From Eledone cirrhosa (lineage: Eukaryota): a DNA stretch of 64,000 nt. The notes under the pieces are model-generated. The model had not been told where the DNA came from, did no database searches, and saw nothing but the letters and a program-made list of their open reading frames with translations. A program made the position numbers and the translations under genes. This document shows positions 14,436 to 26,918 of this stretch, piece by piece (the first letter of the stretch is position 1; each line of letters opens with the position of its first letter). Location of the stretch: the NCBI GenBank assembly GCA_964016885.1, contig OZ024749.1, positions 6,324,001 through 6,388,000 of the forward strand, in the 5' to 3' direction.

Positions 14436-15190
14436 CATATATATATATATAAATATTTATATACATATATATATATATATATACATATATATGTATATAT
14501 ATTTATATATATACATATATATATAAATATATATGTATATATATTTATATATATATATACATAATTGAGTGTGTGTTTATATTTATATAGATACACACTC
14601 ACAATTATGTCCCACAATTTTTTTTTTTTTAAAATTCCCGTCAAACATTATTTCCAATGACTGCCACATACAGCATAATTGCGGGCGTGTACCTGACCGT
14701 CGTTTACCAGGGCACCTAGGGACAATGAAGACATCAAAGTGATGCCAGCCGGTCAAGATTACAGCCCCTCTCCCACTACAGTAGTAATTCTGATATATGA
14801 AGACATTTTTTATTGACAGGTAGAGAACGAGAAGAATCAAGAAGTGGGCAACCACGTGTGGCTAGAAATACTGGTGACTTGACCACTCATGGAATGACAA
14901 CAACAGGATCTAAATTAACAAACAAACGAATGTGATGTTAAAGGACAATAGGAAAATCTGCTTCGTAGAATCAAGTCATATCCGAGGACTGCGCGATTTC
15001 AGAGTCAGGTTTGATCACCACATCGATCGTGCCTCGAGCTGGTCACCCGAGAAACAATTGTAATATGTCCAATAAATTATTTTCGCCGCAGCACTGATTC
15101 TCTTTTTTCTGTGATATCATACTCTGCTCTATGAGGGCATTGAGTGCTCATACGGCCTACCGCACACAGATGCTTTAAGCATCCAACTCC

Positions 15191-15750
<560 letters not shown>

Positions 15751-15756
15751 ATATAT

Positions 15757-16178
15757 ATAATATAAGATCAAAAGATGGTTAAAGGAGTTCCATGTATTTT
15801 ATTATGCGCATTTCAAAAACAAACATGATCATGCAATAATATTTGTGTTTTCATCAGATAAAACAGGAGAACATGATATGAAGGTTAAAAAACACTTGTG
15901 GATAGTGCAGTTTTAAATCAACATATGTTGATTTAAAACTGCACTATCCACAAGTGTTTTTTAGCCTTCATATCATGTTCTCCTGTTTTATCTGATGAAA
16001 ACACAAATATTATTGCATGATGATGTTTGTTTTTGAAATGCGCATAATAAAATACATGGAACTCCTTTAACCATCTTTTGATCTTATATTATGTATACTC
16101 CAGTCCTACAAACTGTAGAGTGCTTCTTATCCGATATCTGCATTGCTTTATTGTACTACAATAAAACTCACCTCCTAC
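15757..16178 (+). mobile_element. Foldback element with hammerhead motifs (Penelope-like pLTR derivative), family F1
   Basis: About 168-bp arms with no spacer (centre 15924/15925), then an unpaired tail of about 86 nt ending aaactcacctcctaca(ta)n; flanked by TA repeats. Confidence 0.7.
15986..16052 (+). ncRNA. Minimal type-I hammerhead ribozyme motif (mirror copy on - at about 15797-15863)
   Basis: ttttat-CTGATGA-[aaacacaaat...gtttgttttt, imperfect stem II]-GAAA-tgcgca-TA-ataaaa. Stem I ttttat/ataaaa; palindromic stem III. Confidence 0.8.
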
Positions 16179-16582
16179 ATATATATATATATAGCATATC
16201 AAAAACAAGAACAATCCTAATCATGTGACTACTGGCTGGAAATGCCAACATAATGCTAAACCCAGAAAAATACCACAACTTTCCACCTGTCTGAAGAGAA
16301 CAACTACTCTGATGGCTTTGAAATATGTATAACAGGATTATATAATAAACAGAGGTTGTACATTTAAAGTTTAGTTTACATATGAAAAATATTTATTGTG
16401 TATATATATATGTGTGTGTGTGTGTATGTGTATATATAAGTGTATAAATGTGTATAAACATATATAAATATGTCTGTGTGTATTTTGAAAAATATATATA
16501 TATATATATACATAGGCACACACACATTCTTTCTAAAATACCAGAGATGTATGTAACCATAGAAGTAGTAAATGGGTGTTAC

Positions 16583-16658
16583 CTTGATAACATAGTATGC
16601 TTGTGATTTTTGCTCTTCTCCATCAAATGGACCCATGACTGATGTCAATATTTCATGC
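16583..16658 (-). CDS. CCDC39: Internal coding exon of CCDC39-like gene (g+HEILTSVMGPFDGEEQKSQAYYVIK)
   Basis: ttttttctctattaactag acceptor, 76 nt, gtaaca donor. The first base completes the split Arg codon (cg+g) from the previous exon. 'GEE.K.QAYYVIK' is a characteristic CCDC39 motif. Confidence 0.85.
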
Positions 16659-16982
16659 CTAGTTAATAGAGAAAAAAACATACACATATATAAATATATA
16701 TATATATATCATCATCATCAGCATCATCGTTTAACGTCCGTGTTCCACGCTTGCATGGGTTTGGACGGGGGTTTTCCCACTTGAGGCAAGAGTGATTGTC
16801 TTGCTCGCATAGGACTGTCTGGCGGGTTTTCTACAGCTGGATGCCCTTCCTAACACCAACCACATTTACAGTAAATAAAACCCTTTTTGTACAGCTGACC
16901 ATGTTATTCTTCACTCGTTCACTACTATATATATCATCATCATCATCATCATCATTTTACGTCCGCTTTTCCCTGCTTGCAA

Positions 16983-17037
<55 letters not shown>

Positions 17038-17185
17038 TGAGTGGAACAAGTAATCATCAAACAATCTTCTAAATAAATTAAAAAACGATTTAAATATTCC
17101 CCTGTTCTATTGAACCACTACTATTATAAACACCATGCATATTTCTGCAGGTAAGGTACTTAGTGCCTCTCGGAATATCCATACC

Positions 17186-17228
<43 letters not shown>

Positions 17229-17234
<6 letters not shown>

Positions 17235-17532
17235 AAAGGAAAAGAAAATGCTGACAAATTGTTCCCAGTGAAAAATACTTTAATTAGGAATAAGTAAAAA
17301 TTAGTAATAAGTATTGGTTAGTATTTAGTTTTAAGCTTTCACCGGTTGCGCATTTCTAATGCTTTTCAAAAATAATGTTGAGATAGAGCGCCGGTGATGT
17401 TTGAATACTAACCAATACTTATTACTAATTTTTACTTATTAAACTATTTTTCACTGGGAACAATTTGTCAGCATTTTCTTTTCCTTTTACCAATATATCA
17501 CAACTTGTGTGTTACACCTCTATTCTTTTAAA
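17229..17532 (+). mobile_element. Foldback element family F2 (asymmetric copy)
   Basis: Arms at about 17229-17325 and 17405-17496; same sequence and 3' tail (caacttgtgtgttacacctctattcttttaa) as 32928-33341; in (TA)n. Confidence 0.7.
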
Positions 17533-17749
17533 TATATATATATACATAGGCGGTGCCCCAGCACGGCCTCAGCCGGATGGCTGAAACAGGTAAAAGCGTA
17601 AAAGAGTATATGTATATATATATATATATAGATATTTATATATATATATATAAATGAAGTATTTCCAAAGGAAAGGTAAAGAAAAAGAGAGTGCTCTATG
17701 TAGGCTACAGAGCTTTTTAGTTATGTGATAAACAACATAAGATAATTAT

Positions 17750-17811
17750 TTCATTTACCAGTGGTTTCTTGAGGACAGATATTTATATCTGTCTTCAGTC
17801 GTCAGAACGAA
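17750..17811 (-). ncRNA. Type-I hammerhead ribozyme motif with long stem II
   Basis: Minus strand: ttcgtt-CTGACGA-ctgaagacagatat-aa-atatctgtcctcaa-GAAA-ccactgg-TA-aatgaa; all three stems can pair. Confidence 0.8.
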
Positions 17812-17935
17812 TGAAATGGTGTGTTTATTGAATATGAATTTGAAAACAAAATTTAGGAAATATGAAAGTGAGGCTGAAATCGAATAACGTGCAAAACAGT
17901 GAGGGGGAAAAATATATATAAATATCCAGAACATA

Positions 17936-17982
<47 letters not shown>

Positions 17983-17996
17983 CATCATCATCGTTT

Positions 17997-18212
17997 TGCC
18001 CTTTAGCATTCACATTACTCTATATTTACTATTGTATTTTTACAGTAAAGGTTTTACCTCACATAATTATCTCACATAATATCGAATCTATGAGATTTTG
18101 ATATTATTTATTTTAAGAACAATACCTTAACGTCAGTATGAGCAGTCAGTTAAACAGAAGGAGGTGAGAGAATTCTGGCTGGATACAGCCGGTTTAAATT
18201 CTAAATGGTTAA
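17997..18212 (-). mobile_element. piggyBac-like MITE
   Basis: Termini ccctttagcatt... and ...aattctaaatggttaa; internal sequence matches 20518-21162 and 26950-27170. Confidence 0.6.
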
Positions 18213-19550
18213 CCTCTATCTTCCACGCTAGCATGGGTTAGACGGGTTTAACCCATTTGAGGCAACATTGGTCAGGTGACTGTCTTGCTCATATAGAACT
18301 GTATCTGGTAAGTTTTCTATGGTTGCATGCCCTTCCTAACACCAACCACATTTACAGTGTGGGCTGGGAGCTTTTTACCATGTTACTTACATGACCACTT
18401 TACAGCGTGGACTGGGTGCCTTTTCTTGTGACACCTACATGACCTCATTAGTTTGGACTGGAGTATTGTGGTACCAACATAACTTTATAGAGAAAGGGTG
18501 GTGTTGGCAGGAGTGGATGGATGGAGTAGGTGTAGTTGGTTGGGGTGTACGTTTGCTTTGGAGGGCCTACTAACTGTAGGTTTAACTTTGCACGTAGGGA
18601 AGGCGGGTCTTCTGTATTACTGCGTGGTGCCAAAGGTCTCGATCCAGTGACATTGTGTTAGAGAGGTGTAAGTGTGCAAGGTCGGACTTTATCATGTCAT
18701 TCCAGGTTTTTTGGGGTCTACTTACTGCATAGCTTCCACCAATTTTGATCACCCTGCACTTTTTTATACAGCTGTCATCTTTCATGCGTATCACAAAACC
18801 ATGCCAACGTAATCTCCTCTCAAGTAAACTGCATCTCATCCTTCTTATTCCTAATTTCTTACTTAGTTCGTTTATGTTTTGCCATTCACATATATTACTA
18901 TTACACATCCAACGGAGCATGCATGCTTCATTCCTTTCCAATCTGTGCAAGTCCTCTGCACAATATGCCCAGGCCTCACTGCCATGTAACATTGCTGTTC
19001 GTATACAAGCATCATACAATCTGCTTTTCGTTTTAAGGGAGAAACCTTTTGTGGCCAACATCGGTATTGAACTTTTTCCATCACATTCTAACTCTGGCTA
19101 CTACACTTTCAAAGTACCCTCCACCACTGCTGATTTTGTCACCCAGGTAACAGAAGGTGTCCACTATTTCTATAGAACCATCAATGCAATAGAAGGAGCT
19201 AGTATCCTGTGGGCACTTGCTACTTACTGCACCTGAGCATCTGAAACATCGCACTACATCTTTTATGTACCCATAGTTTGCATTTGGGACATAGAATGGA
19301 ATTTCTACCTACGCCTTTCAGACACACTGAGCATGGCCCTTTCCCAGAGGGTAGTTGAGCTCTATCTATTTTCCTTTCTACTTACTAGAACTTTAGTCTT
19401 AGACAGGTAACCTTTAAGGCCTTATGATTCTAGACTATACTTCTATGTTTGAAATGTCTTCACTAATTTACCCATAGATTCAGCTATGAGAGTTAGATCA
19501 TCTGCATATAGAAATTCTCATGTGCAACTGGTTTTAAACTCGTCTGTTAG
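18213..19550 (-). mobile_element. Older 5'-truncated RTE-B-related copy
   Basis: Minus-strand KGFSLKTKSRLYDACIRTAMLHGSEAW...RRLRWHG, degenerate RT end (FLYADDLTLIAES-like) near 19480-19540, and a B-type UTR. Confidence 0.85.
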
Positions 19551-20065
19551 GTTAAAAATAACCTCGTTTATTCATAATCACTGTTTTATATATATGTAGA
19601 TTTAATCCCTAAGAGAAGAAACCAGAATATTTTTCTCTGACAGTTCCTTATAGTCTGAAGAAAGGAATTTTAAGTCCTGAAATATTAGGACGAAAGAAAC
19701 AACAGCAACAAAATAACAAAACAAAGATTACCAGGTAAGTAAATATGTTGTTACCTTCATCTTATCGTCCATTTTGCATTGTTTAGACTCGTATCACTTT
19801 CCACATTATATAATATATACAATGCTTCAAGCAAACTACAGCATTTTATTATATATATATATTGTTGGCTTCTTGCTACAATAATTTCTATACTTTTCAT
19901 TTTTTTATATATATATATATATATATATTAGAAAGTGAGGTTTTTTTTACAAAATGAAAAATAACCGAGGTGTCCTACACGAGTGAAAGTATAAAGAAAA
20001 AGAGATGAAATCGAAAATGCAACTGGAGTCTTATTTTTTTTTTAAATATATATATTTATTTGGTT

Positions 20066-20103
20066 CCTTTACCGGTTTCGCAGTTCTTCTGCTTTTCAAA
20101 AGG
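20066..20103 (-). ncRNA. Minimal type-I hammerhead motif with U3-A8 covariant core
   Basis: Minus strand: cctt-TTGAAAA-gcag-aagaa-ctgc-GAAA-ccgg-TA-aagg; perfect stems I and II, palindromic stem III. Confidence 0.72.
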
Positions 20104-20132
20104 TGAGTTGAGATGGAGGGTCTGTGGTTTTT

Positions 20133-20201
<69 letters not shown>

Positions 20202-20204
<3 letters not shown>

Positions 20205-20375
20205 GCACATCGCTTAGTGGTTAGAGCATTGACCTTGCAATCGAAAGGTTGTGAGTTCAATTCTCAGACTGGGGTCCCTATCATTCCACGGCAAAAAAGC
20301 ACCCACCACTCACTGTAAATGAGGTTGGTGTTAGGAAGGGCATCCAGCTGTAGACATCAAGCCAGAATAAGTTCA
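20202..20375 (+). mobile_element. Internally deleted SINE S1
   Basis: tRNA head joined almost directly to the ggaagggcatccagc module. Confidence 0.75.
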
Positions 20376-20517
20376 TGTCGCAGGTGTTGGTGGTGTAGTG
20401 GTGGTGGTGTTGGATATGGCAGTGGTAGTGGGGGTGGCACTGGTGGGGGTGGGGGTGGTGGTGGTTGTGGTGTCACATAGAACTTTAGATCTAAATATTG
20501 TGAAGCAAACACCTTAA

Positions 20518-21162
20518 TCTTTTAGCATTTAAACTGGCCGTATCTGACCAGAATTCCCTCACCTCTTTCTGTTCAAACTGGCTGTAACTGGCCATTAATA
20601 CTGCCATTAAAATATAAAATAATATCATCAAAATCTTATAGATTCTATATTATATGAGATAATTATATAAGATAAAGCCTTTACTGTGAAAATGCAATAG
20701 TGTATATAGAATAATGTAAATGTTATGTGAGATATTAGGTGAGGTAAAGCCTTTACTGTGAAAATACAATAGTATATATAGAGTAATGTAAGTGTTATGT
20801 GAAATATTATGTGAGGTAAAGCCTTTACTGTGAAAATACAATAGTATATATAGAGTAATGTAAATGTTATGTAAGATATTATGTGAGGTAAAGCCTTTAC
20901 TGTGAAAATACAATAGTATATATAGAGTAATGTAAATGTTATGTGAGATATTAGGTGAGGCAAAGCCTTTACTGTGAAAATACAATAGTATATATAGAGT
21001 AATGTAAATGTTATGTGAGATATTAGGTGAGGCAAAGCCTTTACTGTGAAAATACAATAGTATATATAGAGTAATGTAAATGTTATGTGAGATATTATGT
21101 GAGGTAAAGCCTTTACTGTGAAAATACAATAGTATATATAGAGTAATGTAAATGTTAAAGTG
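20518..21162 (+). mobile_element. piggyBac-like MITE with internal 72-bp tandem expansion (about 7 copies)
   Basis: TTAA at 20514-20517 and 21163-21166; termini tcttttagcattta and taaatgttaaagtg; unit aaagcctttactgtgaaaatacaatagtatatatagagtaatgtaaatgttatgtgagatatta.gtgagg. at 72-nt spacing. Confidence 0.7.
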
Positions 21163-21218
21163 TTAACCCTTCTTGTATGTTGCCTCCACAAAATATTGGG
21201 AATAACACCCAAACTTAC

Positions 21219-21358
21219 CGACTTCCAAGTTTCGTGAGTTTTGCCTCTCTCTCTTGTAATTCAAGATTGACAGTTAATCGTTCGGCCTCAATAATCTTTA
21301 TCTGAGTTAGTAACATGTCCTTATGCATCTTTATTTCATGTTTGCGTTCTTTTTTCAC
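21219..21358 (-). CDS. CCDC39: Internal coding exon of CCDC39-like gene (VKKERKHEIKMHKDMLLTQIKIIEAERLTVNLELQEREAKLTKLGS+cg)
   Basis: ttgcag acceptor, 140 nt open, gtaagt donor (phase 2). Resembles the CCDC39 'ER..EIK.HK.ML..QI....ER...E..ER..K..KL..R' segment. Confidence 0.82.
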
Positions 21359-21729
21359 CTGCAATGTTTCAAAGATATTTCAGGAAAATTAATCTTTAAG
21401 TAAAAAAGGAGTCCAAAAAGAAATAAACAAAACAAAAGAAAACATTTAATGAAAACAAGAATATATAAAAAACGATAATATATGAAAAGGAATAACATTT
21501 TTCCACACATATTACATAATTAAAGGTAACTGCGTAATTATGGTTTATAATAGGTAAACTATAGCCCTATACATTGTAAAAGGCAACAGAATGTGTTGGT
21601 TCCTCAAAGGTCATCTGGTTGTAAAACACTGCCTCAAAAAGGACCTGATGATGGTTATGAAGTGACCTGAAACCCTAACCTTAGAGAAGATAACCTTAAG
21701 ATGTTTGTTGTATTATATTACTATTAAGG

Positions 21730-22040
21730 TGAAGGTGCATGGTTTTGTGGTTAGGATATTCAGCTTACAATATTAAGGTTATGAGTTCGATTCCTGGTGG
21801 TGTGTTGTATCCTTGAGCAAGACACTTTATTTCACATTGCTCCAGTACACTCAGCTGGCAAAAATGAATTGTACCTGTAGTTCAAATGGCCAGACTTGTC
21901 ACATTCTGTGTCATACTGAATCTCCCTGAGAACTACATTAAGGGTACATGTGTCTGTGGAATGCTCAGCCACTTGGACGTTAATTTCATGCGCAGGCTGT
22001 TCCATTGATTCAATCATCTTGTACACTCTTCATCATAACC
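21730..22040 (+). mobile_element. tRNA-derived SINE, third family
   Basis: Head ggtgcatggttttgtggttagg...gagttcgattcc, shared ccttgagcaagacactttatttcacattgctccag segment, distinct 3' body. Confidence 0.65.
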
Positions 22041-22344
22041 AACGGAACGGCTCATTACTATTAAGAGGGGGTCACAGCTTAAAACTACATTTGGTGTTCC
22101 AGCTCACTTCACCTATATATTTCAATTTTTGTCCTGATTTCAATGCTTGGGGGCCCTTCCTATCCTCAATAGTGTACTGGGTTCATCAAGTCACCAGCAC
22201 TACAGGGTTTGCCATGTCTGAAGCAGAACTAAACAGTTCATTCAATACTATGTTGTCTCTGTGTGTTCAGCAATAACTTTACAGAGTGTACTGGGTGCAT
22301 TTTCTTGTGTTACCGGCACAAAGCATTATCCTGCTATTGTCAGT

Positions 22345-23030
22345 GGATTGGCAGCATCAGTAGAGCATCGGACCTCGTGTTTTGTGGCATAGAGTTACGG
22401 CCCTTTACTTTCTTAGTTCAAATCCAGCCGCGGTTAACTTTGATTTTCATACTTATGGGGTCCATAAAATAAAGTACCAGTAATGTATTGCAGGAACAAG
22501 GCCAGTAATTTGAAGGGGTGGATCAGTCGATTAAATCAACCCCAGTGCATTACTGGTACTTTATTTTATCGACCCCCGTAAGGATGAAAGGCAAAGTTAA
22601 CCTTGGCGGGATTTGAACTCAGAATGTAAAGGGCCTTAACTCTATGCTAAGCAGAATGTAATCCAATGCTCTACTGATACTGAATAATAATAATTGTTTC
22701 TACAGTTGGCACAAGGCCAGCAAATACCCAGTGTATTACTGGTACTTTATTTTATCGACCCCCGTAAGGATGAAAGGCAAAGTTAACTTCGGCGGGATTT
22801 GATCTCAGAATGTAAAGGGCCTTAACTCTATGCTAAGCAGAATGTAATCCAATGCTCTACCGATACTGAATAATAATAATTGTTTCTACAGTTGGCACAA
22901 GGCCAGCAAATACCCAGTGTATTACTGGTACTTTATTTTATAGACCCCGTAAGGATGAAAGGCAAAGTTAACCTCGGCAGGATTTGAACTCACACTGTAA
23001 AGGGACGTAACTCTTTGCTAGAAAGCATGG
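22345..23030. mobile_element. Cluster of S2 SINEs: one on +, then about three tandem copies on -
   Basis: Repeated ctggtactttattttatcgacccc.gtaaggatgaaaggcaaagttaac at about 185-nt spacing. Confidence 0.8.
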
Positions 23031-23157
23031 CGTAATCTTACCAAAAACAAATAAAAATCAAATTTAAAAGTTTCTCAGATGTTTACAACTCATTGGAAAG
23101 ACATTCCAAATATCTGATTTATTGATGTCTTTTGTTTTAGATTTGGTCTTCTCTTTC

Positions 23158-23545
23158 TGTGGGGATGGGGTGGGTGGTAGGGGGTGGGGTGGGTGAGGAT
23201 AGGGTGTGATGGGGTGTGGACAGGGTGTGGCGAGGGGGTGATGATAGGGTGTAGTGGGGGGGGGGTCTGGCGGGGGGTATGGTGTGGGGTGAGGACAGGG
23301 TATGGTGTGGGGTGAGGATAGGGTGTGCTGGGGGGGGGGGTATAGTGGGGTGTGAGGACAGGGTGTGGTGTGGGGATGGGGTGTGGTGTGGGGATGGGGT
23401 GTGGTGGAGGGCGAGGATTGAGGATAGGGTATGGTCGGGGTGTGGACAGGGTGGGGTGGGGGTGAGGACAGGGTATGGTGGGGGTGAGGACAGGGTATGG
23501 TGGGGGTGAGGACAGGGTGTGGTGGAGGGTGAGGAAAGGGTGTGG
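23158..23545. repeat. G-rich degenerate repeat (ggggtgaggacagggtatggt-like)
   Basis: Dense G-runs on the + strand. Confidence 0.8.
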
Positions 23546-24297
23546 TAATGTCTATGTGTGTATATATGTGTGTATGTTTGCTTATATGTATGTATATGTG
23601 GGTGTGTGTTTGTGCATGTATGTATGTATGTATGTATGTATGTATGTTTCAGTGTATGTATGTTTAAATATATGTATGTGTGTATTGTGTATGTATGTAC
23701 ATGTATATACGTTTGTATATATGTATGTTTGTATGCGTATGTGTGTATATCATCATCATCATCATCATCGTTTAATGTCCATCTTCCACGCTAGCATGGG
23801 TTTGGATGGGAATTTTCACACTTGAGGCAAGTTTGGTTGTTTTGCTCGTATAGGATTGTCTGGCAGGTTTTCTACGGCCAGACAATATATATATATATAT
23901 GTATATGTGTATAAATATGTTCATGTATTATGTGTGCATTTCTTTCTGCATGTGTATGTATGTATATGTATGTAATTATGTATGTGTATACGTATGTATG
24001 CATATATTTCTTCCTTCACATTAAAGTACATTAAAATCTTTAGCGCGTAGAAAAAAAAAAGTTTAATTTAGTTAAGAAAAAGCTGAGACTGTTTCCTGAT
24101 GTTAAGATAACTGATTCCTACCTGGCTGTGAGATTAACTTACTGAGATTGTCACATGATACAATTATGTGAGATGAGGTGGGAGAGAAACGGGGGATATG
24201 TAGTTATTCAATATACAATAAAGAGCAGCTTAATATGTTTAAATATCACACTTTGATTCATTTTTTTTTATTTTTTCATGGTAAGTATTTTAAATAA

Positions 24298-24332
<35 letters not shown>

Positions 24333-24333
<1 letters not shown>

Positions 24334-24808
24334 CATCATCATCATTTTACATCCGCTTTTCCCTGCTTGCAAGGGTGCGAAGGGGACTGATTATCGCTTG
24401 ATTTCTACAGCTGGATGCCCTTCCTAACACTAACCTCATTTACAGTGAGTGCTGGGTGCTTTTTATCCGCGGCGCCTACACGTCAACTTTAGAGTGTGGG
24501 CTGGGTGCTTTCTTGCCGTGGCACCTCCACGACCACTTTGCAGTGGAATGATAGGGACCCCAGTCCTATCATCTCATTTCTACAGCTGAGTAAACTGGAG
24601 CAATTTGAAATAAAGTGTCTTTCTCAAGGAAACAACACATCACCCGGTCTGAGAATTGAACTCACAACCTTTTGATTGCAAGGCCAATGCTCTAATCACT
24701 AAGCCATGTACCTCCATGGAAACAACACATCACCCAGTCTGAGAATTGAACTCACAACCTTTCGATTGCAAGGCCAATGCTCTAACCACTAAGCCATGTA
24801 CCGCCATG
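24333..24808 (-). mobile_element. SINE S1 with tandemly duplicated tRNA head
   Basis: ggaaacaacacatcacc...aagccatgtacc.cca occurs twice (24628-24716 and 24718-24806). Confidence 0.8.
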
Positions 24809-25348
24809 TATACATCATGATAGTGACACACAAAAAGCATCCTTTACACACTGTAAAGTAGTCATGTAGGTGACATAACAAAAAGCATTCTGCTCTGCAC
24901 ACTGTAAAATAGTCATGTAGGTGTCATGACAAAAAGCATCCAGGCCACAATGTAAAGTGGTCATGTAGGTTTCACGACCAAAAGCACCCAATAGTCACTG
25001 TAAATGTGGTTGGCAGTAGAAACCAAACCAAAATCAGTTCTGTATGAGCAAAGCATAGTCATTGCTCATAACAGGACAACTTATCTAACCCATGCTAGTA
25101 TGGAAAAATGGACATTAAACGGTGATGATGATGATATATATATATATATATGCCCTCATTCAGTTTGTATAAAAAAACTTGACAACTTCTGCTCTGCACT
25201 TGATAAGGACCACATGTAAATAGGATATAGACCCACTTGGCCTGTCGGTGACATGAGTCGCCCTGCTTTCTTACAGACTTGATCTATATAGAGTTGTCCA
25301 ACCCTTGCTAGCAAGTCTATGTCTTTAATCCTTTTAATGTCTATGTCA

Positions 25349-25755
25349 TTAACCCTTTCATTACCATATTTCTAATGAAAGATACTATGTTTAACCCTTT
25401 AGTTACCATATTTCTAATGAAAGACACTGCCTATAGTTAACCCTTTAGTTACCATATTTCTAATGAAAGACACTGCCTATGTTTAACCCTTTAGTTACCA
25501 TATTTCTAATGAAAGACACTGCCTATGTTTAACGATTTAGTTACTATATTTCTAATTAAAGACACTGTCTATGTTTAACCCTTTAGTTGCCATATTTCTA
25601 ATGAAAGACATTGTCTATGTTTAACCCTTTAGTTACTATATTTCTAATTAAAGACACTGTCTATGTTTAACCCTTTAGTTACCATATTTCTAATGAAAGA
25701 GACTGCCTATGTTTAACCCTTTAGTTACCATATTTCTAATGAAAGACACTGCCAT
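25349..25755. repeat. 46-bp tandem repeat built from a piggyBac-like terminus
   Basis: Unit ttaaccctttagttaccatatttctaatgaaagacactgcctatgt, about 9 copies. Confidence 0.8.
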
Positions 25756-26019
25756 GGTTTTCAAATTATTCTGAAAATAATCAAGAATATGGAGGAGCGA
25801 TTTAGTCAAAGAACTGACTTTCTTATGATTAAGCTGCTATGCTCTTACATAAAATCATGACAGGAGGTTTTTAGAGTCAGTGAGATAATACCTTGTCTAT
25901 TCTAATGCTGACTCTATGGTATTTGATAGAGAGGGCAGCTTGAAAATCAGAGAATCCCTCCAGGTAAAGTCACTACTTCACTGAATTGAGAGATCACAGC
26001 TCCGATACTATGGGTATGG

Positions 26020-26233
26020 GGTTAGAATGTCTCAGAAAATAATTGCTGGACAGCTTTTACAGGTAAAACCAATCAGCAAGAGACCTAGGGGTAGACCCCG
26101 AGTAAGATAGTTGGAGAGCATCCATGAGGTTGGATGGTCATGCTTGGGGATCTAGCCAGATCAGTTGGAGACGGTTGCTTCTGACAGGACGCACTGGAAG
26201 GAGTGTTTGAGGACTCTGCCCCCATGTCCCTCT
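26020..26233 (+). mobile_element. 3' end of a different RTE-type LINE
   Basis: ...QVKPISKRPRGRPRVR*LESIHEVGWSCLGI*PDQLETVASDRTHWKECL, an RTE C-terminal 'R.RGRP...W....DR..W' motif, followed by a (GAA)n tail. Confidence 0.7.
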
Positions 26234-26872
26234 GAAGAAGAAGAAGAAGAAGAAGAAGAAGAAAGAAAAAGAAGAAAAGGAAGAAGAAGAAAAGGAAAAA
26301 AAGAAGAAGAAAAAGAAAAAGAAAAAGAAAAAGAAAAAGAAAAAAGGGGGGCGGCGGCGGCGGTGAAGAAGAAGAAGAAGAAGAAGAAAAAAGAAGAAAA
26401 AAGAAAAAAAGAAGAAAAAAAGAAGAAAAAAAGAAGAAAAAAAGAAGAATAAGAAAAAGAAGTAAAAGAAAAAGGAAAAGAAGAAAAAGAAAAAGAAGTA
26501 AAAGAAAAAGAAAAGAAGAAAAAGAAAAAGAAAAAGAAAAAGAAAAAGAAAAAGAAAAGAGAAAAAGAGGGGGGGCGACGGCGGCGGCGATGAAGAAGAA
26601 GAAAAAGAAGAAAAAGAAAAAGAAAAAGAAAAAGAAAGAGAAAAAGGAAAAAAAGAAGAAAAAGAAGAAAAAGAAAAGGAAATAGAAAAAGAAAAAAGAA
26701 GAAAAAAAGAAAAAGAAAAAAGAAGAAAAAGAAAAGGAAGAAAAAGAAAAAGAAGAAAAAGAAGAAAAAGAAGAAAAAGAAAAAGAAGAAAAAGAAAAAG
26801 AAGAAAAAGAAGAAAAAGAAAAAGAAGAAAAAGAAAAAGAAGAAAAAGAAGAAAAAGAAAAAGAAGAAGAAA

Positions 26873-26918
<46 letters not shown>

